Positions 56,028 through 64,000 of a stretch of 64,000 nucleotides of DNA are shown here, in pieces. A program made the translations under genes and the position numbers. The stretch is from Hyphomicrobiales bacterium. Its GTDB lineage: Bacteria; Pseudomonadota; Alphaproteobacteria; Rhizobiales; OSC116. The notes beneath the pieces are model-generated. The model did not search any database. It saw only the letters and a list, made by a program, of their open reading frames with translations, and was not told where the DNA came from. The stretch is taken from the NCBI GenBank assembly GCA_013214705.1, contig JABSRZ010000006.1:66530-130529 (forward strand). Reading direction: 5' to 3'. The stretch's first letter is position 1. Each line of letters opens with the position of its first letter.

Positions 56028-59000
56028 ATGGCAAAGCAGGCACAGAACGAGGCGTTTGACCGCACTTCGTTCCTCTATGGTGGTAACGCTAGTTTCATCG
56101 AAGATCTTTACGCTAAATTTATCCAAAATCCAGATTCAGTAGACCCAGGTTGGCAAGGTTTTTTTGCCGAAATGGCCGATGATGAGCCAGACGTTGCCAA
56201 TGGTGCTGGGGGCGCTACAGGCGCGATGGGCGCATCTTGGGACAGACCAAATTGGCCACCAGCCGACATTGCCGAAGATACGGCAGCCTTAAGCGGCAAT
56301 TGGAGCGCATTTGAAGCCAATATTGCCACTAAAATTGCCGCCAATGCCAAAAATGCCGCCAAACAATTAGCCGCCAATACTGGTGTTAAAGCCGCACCTG
56401 CCGCACCAAAAGTTACATCTGTTGCAACCCCAGCTGTTGCTGCTCCAGCTGCGGCTTTAGCTCCGGCTGCGGGCGCGGGCGCAAGTGCCGCCGAAATCAA
56501 AGCCGCAACATTAGACAGCATCCGCGCGATCATGATGATTAGGGCATTTCGTGCCATTGGCCATTTGGCTGCTGACCTTGACCCGCTTAAAATGGAAAGC
56601 CAAGGCCGTGAAAAAATGCTCACCGCCGAAGCTTTTGGTTTTAGCTCTGACGATTTTGACCGGCCGATATTTATCGACCATGTTTTGGGGCTAGAATATG
56701 CAACTCTGACCGAAATTTTAGAAATTTTAAAGCGCACCTATTGTTCTAAAATCGGCATAGAATTTATGCACATTACCGATGCCGAACAAAAAGCTTGGTT
56801 ACAGCAGCGCATCGAAGGCAAAGACAAAGAAATAGAATTTACCGCCAATGGCAAAAAAGCCATTTTGAATAAATTAATCGAAACCCAAGGGCTAGAGAAT
56901 TTTATTGATAAAAAATACACCGGCACCAAACGTTTTGGTCTAGATGGCGGCGAAGCGCTAATACCGGCGTTAGAGCAAATCATTAAAGTCGGTGGCCAAA
57001 CTGGGGTCAAAGACATTGTGTTGGGCATGCCGCATCGCGGCAGATTAAACGTATTAACCGCGGTTATGGGCAAGCCGTATCGGGCTTTGTTTCATGAATT
57101 TAGAGGTGGCGCATCTACTCCAGAAGAAATTGATGGCTCGGGCGATGTGAAATATCATTTAGGCGCTTCATCTGACCGTAATTTTGATGGCAATAAAGTG
57201 CATTTGTCATTAACCGCCAACCCTTCGCATTTAGAAATTGTCAACCCAATTGTATTGGGCAAAGTGCGCGCCAAACAAGATCAACATAGCAAATTTCCGT
57301 TTGATACTACCCAAACCAACCGCCACGAAGTGCTGCCATTGTTGTTGCATGGCGATGCGGCTTTTGCTGGCCAAGGTGTTGTGGCCGAATGTTTTGGTCT
57401 TTCAGGTCTTAAAGGTCATAGAACTGGCGGCAGCATACATTTTATCGTCAATAACCAAATCGGCTTCACCACCGCGCCGCATTATTCGCGCTCATCGCCT
57501 TACCCGTCGGATGTGGCTAAAATGATTGAAGCGCCGATTTTTCATGTCAATGGTGATGACCCTGAAAGTGTGGTTTATGTGGCGCGTATCGCTACCGAAT
57601 ACCGCCAGAAGTTTGGCAAACCAGTGGTGATTGACATGTTCTGCTATCGCCGATTTGGCCATAATGAGGGCGATGACCCCAGCATGACCCAACCGATCAT
57701 GTATAAAACCATCAAAACTCACAAAACCACGTTAGATTTATATTCCGAGAAATTGGTAAATGACCGTTTGTTAAGTGCTGATGACATTGTCGATATGAAA
57801 GATCAGTTCCGTAAATTTTTAGACATTGAATTTGATGAATCGGATGATTTCACCCCCGGCAAAGCCGATTGGTTAGATGGCAAATGGTCGGATAAAAGCA
57901 TCACCAAAGACGATGGCCAAGCCAGACGCGGCCAAACCGGATATGACATAGATAAACTCAAACAATTGGGTAAAAAACTAGTCGAGATTCCAGATGATTT
58001 TAATGCCCATAAAACCTTGAAACGTATTTATAAGCGCCGGGGTGCTTCTATCGAGGCGGGCGTCGGTATAGATTGGGGAACCGGCGAAGCCTTGGCATTT
58101 GCCACTTTGTTAGATGAAGGCTTTCCCGTGAGGCTTTCTGGCCAAGATTGCGAACGCGGTACATTTGTGCATCGCCATAGTGTGCTCAATGACCAGATGG
58201 ATGAAACCACCTATAAACCGCTCAATAATTTGCGTGAAGGCCAAGGCCGTTATGAAGTGATTAACTCGATGTTGTCAGAAGAAGCGGTGTTGGGTTTTGA
58301 ATATGGCTATTCACTTACCGAGCCTGATTGTTTAACCATTTGGGAAGCCCAATTTGGCGATTTTGCCAATGGCGCACAAGTGTTGTTTGATCAGTTTATT
58401 TCATCGGGTGAACAAAAATGGCTGCGCATGTCTGGCCTTGTATGTCTGTTACCGCATGGGTACGAAGGCCAGGGGCCTGAACATTCTAGCGCGCGGCCAG
58501 AGCGGTTCTTACAGCTTTGTGCTGAAGATAATATGATCGTTGCCAATGTCACCACACCGGCTAACTTTTTTCACATTTTGCGCCGCCAGTTAAAACGCGA
58601 TTACCGCAAACCGCTTATCATTATGACGCCAAAAAGCTTGTTGCGCCATAAACGTTGCGTCTCGACCATTGAAGAAATTGGCCCCAATAGCGAGTTTCAT
58701 CGGGTATTGTGGGATGATGCCGAATATCTAGCCCATAGCGAAATTAGACTGCAAAATGATGACAAGATTCGTAAAGTTATCATATGCAGTGGTAAAGTTT
58801 ATTATGATCTTTATGAAGACCGCATCGAGCGTGACATAGATGATGTGTATATTTTGCGGGTTGAGCAACTTTACCCCTTCCCTAAATCGGCCATGGCGAA
58901 GGAATTGTCGCGGTTTGAAAATGCCGAAATTATCTGGTGTCAGGAAGAACCTAAAAATATGGGTTATTGGACATTTGTTAACGAGCGGCTAGAAGATGCG

Positions 59001-59132
59001 CTCATTAAAGCTGGTAACTCAGTGAACCGCGCCACCTATGTTGGCCGTAAAGCCGCCGCATCGCCTGCCACCGGCAGTGGCGCAAAACATAGATTTGAGC
59101 TAAAAACCTTTTTAGACGAAGCTTTTAAATAA
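56028..59132 (+). CDS. sucA: 2-oxoglutarate dehydrogenase E1 component
   Basis: 1034 aa with the SFLYGGNA..IE.LY N-terminus, a ThDP-binding core (GDAAFAGQGVV), and transketolase-like and C-terminal domains. Confidence 0.95.
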   Translation: MAKQAQNEAFDRTSFLYGGNASFIEDLYAKFIQNPDSVDPGWQGFFAEMADDEPDVANGAGGATGAMGASWDRPNWPPADIAEDTAALSGNWSAFEANIATKIAANAKNAAKQLAANTGVKAAPAAPKVTSVATPAVAAPAAALAPAAGAGASAAEIKAATLDSIRAIMMIRAFRAIGHLAADLDPLKMESQGREKMLTAEAFGFSSDDFDRPIFIDHVLGLEYATLTEILEILKRTYCSKIGIEFMHITDAEQKAWLQQRIEGKDKEIEFTANGKKAILNKLIETQGLENFIDKKYTGTKRFGLDGGEALIPALEQIIKVGGQTGVKDIVLGMPHRGRLNVLTAVMGKPYRALFHEFRGGASTPEEIDGSGDVKYHLGASSDRNFDGNKVHLSLTANPSHLEIVNPIVLGKVRAKQDQHSKFPFDTTQTNRHEVLPLLLHGDAAFAGQGVVAECFGLSGLKGHRTGGSIHFIVNNQIGFTTAPHYSRSSPYPSDVAKMIEAPIFHVNGDDPESVVYVARIATEYRQKFGKPVVIDMFCYRRFGHNEGDDPSMTQPIMYKTIKTHKTTLDLYSEKLVNDRLLSADDIVDMKDQFRKFLDIEFDESDDFTPGKADWLDGKWSDKSITKDDGQARRGQTGYDIDKLKQLGKKLVEIPDDFNAHKTLKRIYKRRGASIEAGVGIDWGTGEALAFATLLDEGFPVRLSGQDCERGTFVHRHSVLNDQMDETTYKPLNNLREGQGRYEVINSMLSEEAVLGFEYGYSLTEPDCLTIWEAQFGDFANGAQVLFDQFISSGEQKWLRMSGLVCLLPHGYEGQGPEHSSARPERFLQLCAEDNMIVANVTTPANFFHILRRQLKRDYRKPLIIMTPKSLLRHKRCVSTIEEIGPNSEFHRVLWDDAEYLAHSEIRLQNDDKIRKVIICSGKVYYDLYEDRIERDIDDVYILRVEQLYPFPKSAMAKELSRFENAEIIWCQEEPKNMGYWTFVNERLEDALIKAGNSVNRATYVGRKAAASPATGSGAKHRFELKTFLDEAFK

Positions 59133-59184
59133 ATAAATGAAATAGATTAATGCCGCAAGGTCGAAAATAAAGAAAGACAACAAA

Positions 59185-60435
59185 ATGACAATCGAAATTC
59201 GTGTGCCTACAATGGGCGAGTCTGTTTCTGAAGCTGAAGTGGCAACGTGGAACAAACAACCCGGTGACGCTGTATCTGCCGAAGAAGTGTTGGTAGAGCT
59301 TGAAACTGACAAAGTGACTTTGGAAGTGCTGGCGCCGGTTAGTGGTGTGTTAAAAGAAATTGTCGCCGCCGATGGCGATGTGGTTGGGCCAGACGCTATA
59401 TTGGCGATTATGGAAGAGGGCGAAATTGCCGCGCCAAAACCTGTAGCGCCAAAAGCCGCTGCCGAACCAGCACCTGCACCCTCTGCTCCTGCATCAGTAG
59501 TACCAACACCCGCTGCACCTCTTGCTGCTAGCCCGGCGGCATCAACCGCTAGCCTTTCTGCCCCAAACGCTAGCCCGGCCGTGGCCAAAATTGCCGCCGA
59601 ATCCGGTGTTGATGTTGCCTCTGTAGCCCCTACCGGCCCCAAAGGCAATGTGACCAAAGCCGATATGCAAAATGCGGTTGCCAACCCAGCTCCTGTTATT
59701 GCCCCGGTTGCCGCGCCAGAAGCAAAAAATAATGAAAGTCGCGAAGAGCGGGTTAAAATGTCTCGTCTGCGCAAAACCATTGCCAAGCGGCTTAAAGATG
59801 TGCAAAATACCGCCGCCATGCTGACCACTTTTAACGAGGTGGATATGACGGCGGTTATGGATATGCGCACTCAATATAAAGAGCTATTCCTTAAAAAACA
59901 TGGCACCAAGCTTGGCTTTATGAGCTTTTTTGTCAAAGCCTGCGTGGCCGCACTTAAAGACATACCAACTGTGAATGCCGAAATTGATGGTGGCGATATT
60001 ATTTATAAAAATTATTATAATGTGGCAGTGGCCATTGGCACCGATAAAGGCTTATTTGTGCCGGTGTTGCACGATGCTGATGACATGTCATTTGCTGGTG
60101 TCGAAGGCGCGATTGTCGACTATGCGGTTAAAGCTCGTAGCGGCAAATTGGGTATGGATGACATGCAAGGTGGCACATTTACCATTACCAATGGCGGTGT
60201 ATATGGCTCACTTATGAGCACACCTATTTTGAATGCGCCGCAATCTGGCATATTGGGAATGCATAAAATTCAACCACGCCCTATGGCCATCGATGGCAAA
60301 ATCGAAATTCGCCCGATGATGTATTTGGCACTTTCTTATGACCATAGAATTGTAGATGGCAAAGAAGCGGTGACATTTTTGGTGCGGGTGAAAGAAGCCT
60401 TAGAAGACCCACAACGTTTAGTGCTTGATTTATAG
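59185..60435 (+). CDS. sucB: Dihydrolipoyllysine-residue succinyltransferase (E2 of OGDH)
   Basis: A lipoyl domain (ETDKVTLEV), an Ala/Pro linker, an E3-binding domain and a catalytic domain ending [11 protein letters not shown]. Confidence 0.95.
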   Translation: MTIEIRVPTMGESVSEAEVATWNKQPGDAVSAEEVLVELETDKVTLEVLAPVSGVLKEIVAADGDVVGPDAILAIMEEGEIAAPKPVAPKAAAEPAPAPSAPASVVPTPAAPLAASPAASTASLSAPNASPAVAKIAAESGVDVASVAPTGPKGNVTKADMQNAVANPAPVIAPVAAPEAKNNESREERVKMSRLRKTIAKRLKDVQNTAAMLTTFNEVDMTAVMDMRTQYKELFLKKHGTKLGFMSFFVKACVAALKDIPTVNAEIDGGDIIYKNYYNVAVAIGTDKGLFVPVLHDADDMSFAGVEGAIVDYAVKARSGKLGMDDMQGGTFTITNGGVYGSLMSTPILNAPQSGILGMHKIQPRPMAIDGKIEIRPMMYLALSYDHRIVDGKEAVTFLVRVKEALEDPQRLVLDL

Positions 60436-60454
60436 AGCTAAATAGGAAATTGAA

Positions 60455-60898
60455 ATGGCAAGAGTTGTAAAACCAATAGCATTAACACCCTACTTAACGG
60501 TTAATGACGGTTTGGCTGCGCTTGCCTTTTATACTTCTGCATTTGGGGCTGTGGTGTTAAATGTCCATAGTGATGAAGACGACCAGCGCATTGTGCACGC
60601 GCATCTTAAAGTCGGTGATATTGAGTTTATGATGTCAGATTATATACCCGAAATGAATACCAATAAGCACATGCCTACCAAGGATGAGAAAAGAGCCATC
60701 GCGATGAATTGGTTTTTCAATACATATGCAGACTTGTGCGATTTTTTAAACAATTGCCTGGTTGCCGGTTGCGACATTATTTTGCCGTTTGATAACATGT
60801 ATTGGGGCCAGCATTATGGCGAAATAAAAGACCCATTTGGTTATGTCTGGGCGCTTTCTTCGCCAAATAAAAAAAATAATATAGTGAATTTAATGTAG
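60455..60898 (+). CDS. VOC (glyoxalase/bleomycin-resistance, PhnB-like) family protein
   Basis: 147 aa with the pattern L.V.D...A..FY..AFGA........D......HA.L..G......SD...... and C-terminal WG...G...DPFG..W. Confidence 0.7.
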   Translation: MARVVKPIALTPYLTVNDGLAALAFYTSAFGAVVLNVHSDEDDQRIVHAHLKVGDIEFMMSDYIPEMNTNKHMPTKDEKRAIAMNWFFNTYADLCDFLNNCLVAGCDIILPFDNMYWGQHYGEIKDPFGYVWALSSPNKKNNIVNLM

Positions 60899-60944
60899 TG
60901 GCGGCGCGCGGTTAAGCCCAGCCAAATTAGTTAAGGATAAAAAA

Positions 60945-62348
60945 ATGTCAGATTATGACGTGGTGGTAATTGGTACAGGCCCCGGTGGTTATGTGGGCGC
61001 AATTAGAGCGGCACAATTGGGGTTAAAAGTGGCGGTGGTCGAAAAGCGCAAAGCCCATGGCGGCACCTGCCTAAATGTAGGTTGTATACCCTCTAAAGCC
61101 TTGCTGCATGCCTCTGAAATGTTTGAAGAAGCTGGCCATAATTTTGCAACATTGGGCATAGATATCGACGCCCCAAAGCTTAACCTTGGCAATATGATGG
61201 CGCATAAACAAGCGGTTATCGATGGCAATACTAGCGGCATTGATTATCTGTTTAAGAAAAATAAAATCAACTCTTATCAAGGCATGGGCAAAATTATCTC
61301 CGCCGGCAAAGTTTCAGTAACGGCCGATGATGGCAGCGTAACCGAGCTTAGTGCCAAAAACATCATCATCGCCACCGGTAGTGAAGTTATGCCGCTGCCG
61401 GGCGTGACGATAGATGAAGATAAAATTGTATCTTCTACCGGCGGCTTAGAGCTAAAAGCTGTGCCAAATAAAATGATTGTTGTTGGCGGCGGGGTTATTG
61501 GGCTTGAACTTGGCTCGGTGTGGAGTCGTTTGGGCGCAGAAGTAACGGTGGTCGAATTTTTAGATAATATCTTGCCGGGTATGGATGCTGAAGTGGTGAA
61601 AAATTACACCCGCATGTTAAAAAAGCAGGGCTTTAAATTTAAATTAGGCAAAAAAGTTATCGGCACAGAAATAACCGAAACCGGGGTTAATGTGGCGGTC
61701 GAACCTGCCAAAGGTGGCGACGCGGAAATGCTAACGGCCGATATTGTGTTGGTGGCCATTGGCCGCCGGCCATTCACCCAAGGCCTAGGGCTCGAAGAGG
61801 CTGGGGTTAAATTGGACGCGCGTGGCCGGGTCGAAATTGATGCGCATTTTAAAACCAATGTCGAAGGCATTTATGCCATTGGCGATGTGGTGGTTGGGCC
61901 TATGCTGGCGCATAAAGCCGAAGAAGAAGGCGTTGCCTTGGCCGAAATATTGGTTGGCCAAGCTGGCCATGTGAATTATGACGTCATCCCGGGCGTGGTT
62001 TACACTATGCCTGAAATTGCCACAGTGGGTAAAACCGAAGAGCAATTAAAAGCCGAAGGCATTGCTTATAATGTCGGCAAATTCCCGTTTAGCGCCAATG
62101 GCCGCGCCAAAGCCATGCTAAAATCCGAAGGTTTTGTTAAATTCATTGCCGATAAAACAACCGACAAAGTATTGGGTTGCCATATAGTTGGCGCTAGTGC
62201 TGGCGAAATGATTCACGAAGTGGTGCTGTTAATGGAATTTGGCGGTTCAGCCGAAGATTTAGCCCGCTCATGCCATGCCCATCCCACAATGTCCGAAGCC
62301 GTTAAAGAAGCGGCCATGGCAGTAGATAACCGGCAGATACACGCATAA
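60945..62348 (+). CDS. lpdA: Dihydrolipoyl dehydrogenase (E3)
   Basis: GTGPGGYV FAD fold, redox disulfide GGTCLNVGCIPSK and a C-terminal HAHPT(M)SE interface motif. Confidence 0.95.
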   Translation: MSDYDVVVIGTGPGGYVGAIRAAQLGLKVAVVEKRKAHGGTCLNVGCIPSKALLHASEMFEEAGHNFATLGIDIDAPKLNLGNMMAHKQAVIDGNTSGIDYLFKKNKINSYQGMGKIISAGKVSVTADDGSVTELSAKNIIIATGSEVMPLPGVTIDEDKIVSSTGGLELKAVPNKMIVVGGGVIGLELGSVWSRLGAEVTVVEFLDNILPGMDAEVVKNYTRMLKKQGFKFKLGKKVIGTEITETGVNVAVEPAKGGDAEMLTADIVLVAIGRRPFTQGLGLEEAGVKLDARGRVEIDAHFKTNVEGIYAIGDVVVGPMLAHKAEEEGVALAEILVGQAGHVNYDVIPGVVYTMPEIATVGKTEEQLKAEGIAYNVGKFPFSANGRAKAMLKSEGFVKFIADKTTDKVLGCHIVGASAGEMIHEVVLLMEFGGSAEDLARSCHAHPTMSEAVKEAAMAVDNRQIHA

Positions 62349-62354
62349 GCCCCC

Positions 62355-62388
62355 CATTCATAAATTCCCCTTGGGGGATTTATGAATG
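62355..62388 (+). terminator. Long hairpin immediately after lpdA (no U-tract)
   Basis: CATTCATAAATTCCCC-TT-GGGGGATTTATGAATG forms 16 pairings including one G-U. Confidence 0.45.
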
Positions 62389-62393
62389 AGTTA

Positions 62394-62540
62394 TGCTTAG
62401 CACTGCGTGCGCAAACTCCGTTTGCTTGCTACGGGTTTTTTGCTTAACACTGCGTGCGTTCGCTCCGCTCTCTTGCTAACGCCCTAACGGGCGGGCCTCA
62501 ATGGCCAAGTTCGCCAATAAATTGGCTCGCCCTTTTTCCC
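62394..62540. repeat. Intergenic structured repeat, copy C, with an internal 38-nt duplication
   Basis: TGCTTAGCACTGCGTGCG... (62394-62431) is repeated as TGCTTAACACTGCGTGCG... (62441-62478). The distal part 62478-62540 aligns to the reverse complement of 50644-50705, including a 27-nt exact block. Confidence 0.7.
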
Positions 62541-62549
62541 ACGAAATGC

Positions 62550-63491
62550 CTATAAATTACCTCTGAGCTTACCCAACGCACTGGTTTTTATGTCTTCTGT
62601 CACCTGTGGGCGGCTGAGGAATTCTGCCCAAGCGAGCAAGTCAACAATTTGCGCAATTTCAGGCCAATTCACGGGCAAGTTTTTGTGGGTTAGGTAATAA
62701 TTATCGCAAAGATTTTCGGTAAATATTGGGCAATGGCTGTAGGGCGTGCGGGTGAATTTGCCAAAATCTAACGCTGGGTGGCCGCTCAGGGCAAATTCCC
62801 AGTCTAATATCGCGCTTATATGGCCATCATAATGCAAGATATTATCTTCATTTAAATCGGCATGGATCAGACAATGATGGTGCGGCCATTGGTCTAAAAT
62901 CTGTATTTTTTCGGCAAAACTATGCCTATAGGTTTGGGCTAATTTGCCATCTATATGACCATTTTTTGAGGCTTGGCTCAAACAATTGGCGAATATTTCA
63001 CTCAAGCCATTGGGGCTTATGTCATAATTTTGGTCAAGTTTTAAATCACTGCTAAACGCGCCCGCATGTTTAAAGGTTTGGCTATGAATCAACGCCAAAT
63101 ATTCACCAAGTTCAAACCCCAACTGCGCTTGCTCAGCAACCGGCAAGGCCTCGATATTGGCCAATCTTTGCCCGGGTTTAAACTCCATAAAAGCAAAAAA
63201 CCGCTTGCCATTAGCTGCTTGAGGTTGCGATAAAAACCGCGGCACTGGTAGTTTTAGCCACAATTTTTGCGCCAAGGCATATTGTTTACCTAGGCTTTGC
63301 TGGTTGCCGCTCACCCGCAGCACCACCTGTTGGCCTGAAGCCAAGCTAATGAGGTAATTTTGGTGGGACCGGCCGCCAGCCAATGGTTGTGCCGTTTTAT
63401 AGTCATCAGCGCCAAAAACCAGTCGGCACATTTGCGATATTAGATTTTTGGACAGCTTTGCCGTTGCGGGATTTTGCCATTTAGAGCGCAT
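62550..63491 (-). CDS. Aminoglycoside phosphotransferase (APH) / choline-kinase-like family kinase
   Basis: 313 aa with the catalytic loop LIHADLNEDNIL (H-x-D-x4-N) and the DWEFA metal-binding motif. Confidence 0.8.
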   Translation of the reverse strand: MRSKWQNPATAKLSKNLISQMCRLVFGADDYKTAQPLAGGRSHQNYLISLASGQQVVLRVSGNQQSLGKQYALAQKLWLKLPVPRFLSQPQAANGKRFFAFMEFKPGQRLANIEALPVAEQAQLGFELGEYLALIHSQTFKHAGAFSSDLKLDQNYDISPNGLSEIFANCLSQASKNGHIDGKLAQTYRHSFAEKIQILDQWPHHHCLIHADLNEDNILHYDGHISAILDWEFALSGHPALDFGKFTRTPYSHCPIFTENLCDNYYLTHKNLPVNWPEIAQIVDLLAWAEFLSRPQVTEDIKTSALGKLRGNL

Positions 63492-63492
63492 G

Positions 63493-64000
63493 TTAAAATG
63501 ACCTTGTCACACCAATGCTGACGCTATGGCCGCTGGTGTCATTAGTATTTATATTGCTATCCAATTTTTTATACGAGTATATAATTTCAGGGCTAAACCC
63601 CATAAAGTCCAAGTTTTTGTTAGATATTTTTAAGTTAACTTCATAACTCATTATAGTCTCTAAAGCTTTGTATTTTCGGGTGATATTAACGTCCGAATAG
63701 GTTATGAATTCGGCAAATTCTTTATAGATTCCAAACCCGGCTCTGAGTGCGGTAAACGATAGATTGGGTTGGCTATATTTGGCTGTGGAAATGCCGCCCA
63801 TTAATTTGACATAGCTGCTATTGTCTAAAATAAATTGTCCGGTGAGGCTAATCGTTGCTGCCAAATTGCTATAATCATTGTTGGTAAAATTGCTGGTTTT
63901 GTCTAAATTTGCTTGCAGGTTTAGCCCCAATGTCGGGCTGAGCCGGTGGTCAAATATGGCGCTAATGCCCATTCGGTTTTGGGTTATGGCAGTTGTGGTT
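63493..64000 (-). CDS. Outer-membrane beta-barrel protein, C-terminal part (5' end beyond window)
   Basis: The frame stays open to the window edge. It shows an alternating amphipathic beta-strand pattern and ends ...SVSIGVTRSF, with the terminal aromatic residue typical of BAM substrates. Its stop lies 1 nt from the kinase ATG. Confidence 0.6.
   Translation of the reverse strand, partial: TTTAITQNRMGISAIFDHRLSPTLGLNLQANLDKTSNFTNNDYSNLAATISLTGQFILDNSSYVKLMGGISTAKYSQPNLSFTALRAGFGIYKEFAEFITYSDVNITRKYKALETIMSYEVNLKISNKNLDFMGFSPEIIYSYKKLDSNINTNDTSGHSVSIGVTRSF

Noticed and set aside
56300-56500. Ala/Pro-rich stretch near the SucA N-terminus (AANAKNAAKQLAANTGVKAAPAAPKV...APAAGAGASAAE), considered as a novel insertion or fused linker.
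   Set aside because: This part of SucA is a known variable, low-complexity region between the N-terminal E2-binding helix and the catalytic core. The extra length alone is not evidence of new function.
56108-56737. 209-aa ORF antisense to the 5' part of sucA, and similarly a 252-aa ORF at 59112-59870 antisense to sucB.
   Set aside because: Both lie opposite Ala/Pro-rich (GCN-rich) linker regions, which automatically give long open antisense frames. The products are low-complexity Ala/Gly strings, and the sense genes are unambiguous.

Overview
This window reads as a core chromosomal segment of a moderate-GC alphaproteobacterium. The lineage call is an inference from gene order: dapF-mtaB-ftsY-yciB, a helABCDX-type ccmABCDG cluster, zapE-mdh-sucCDAB-(VOC)-lpdA, an LDH-like Mdh and a DUF2794 gene. 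I can support about 62 protein genes. They cover nucleoside-type, thiamine and zinc ABC importers, an ABC-2 exporter with its TetR regulator, the YbbA/YbbP-TesA trio, cytochrome c maturation, aconitase and the TCA cluster, an OmpR/EnvZ-type two-component pair beside a secreted EF-hand protein, several MFS/DMT transporters and assorted redox enzymes. RNA and regulatory elements I can see directly are a TPP riboswitch upstream of thiB, a Zur box between znuA and zur, operator-like palindromes at three regulator genes, and several Rho-independent terminators. I found no rRNA or tRNA genes, CRISPR array, transposase, integrase, phage genes or recognisable defence or toxin-antitoxin genes. I did not find a convincing new multi-gene protein system. 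The most unusual signals are mostly non-coding: (1) a structured intergenic repeat family with three copies, one bracketed by a perfect 20-bp direct repeat that regenerates the 3' end of the upstream gene; (2) a 670-bp ORF-poor region holding an orphan bidirectional terminator, a candidate small RNA, triple GTGAT half-sites and two 108-nt tandem repeat units; (3) thiPQ fused behind ccmG with a 3-nt gap, while the riboswitch-controlled thiB lies about 15 kb away; (4) a DMT transporter split at a C4 run; (5) a four-copy octamer operator at a TetR/ABC-2 operon; (6) a secreted three-module Cys-rich protein. All functional calls come from reading the sequences by eye, with no database search.
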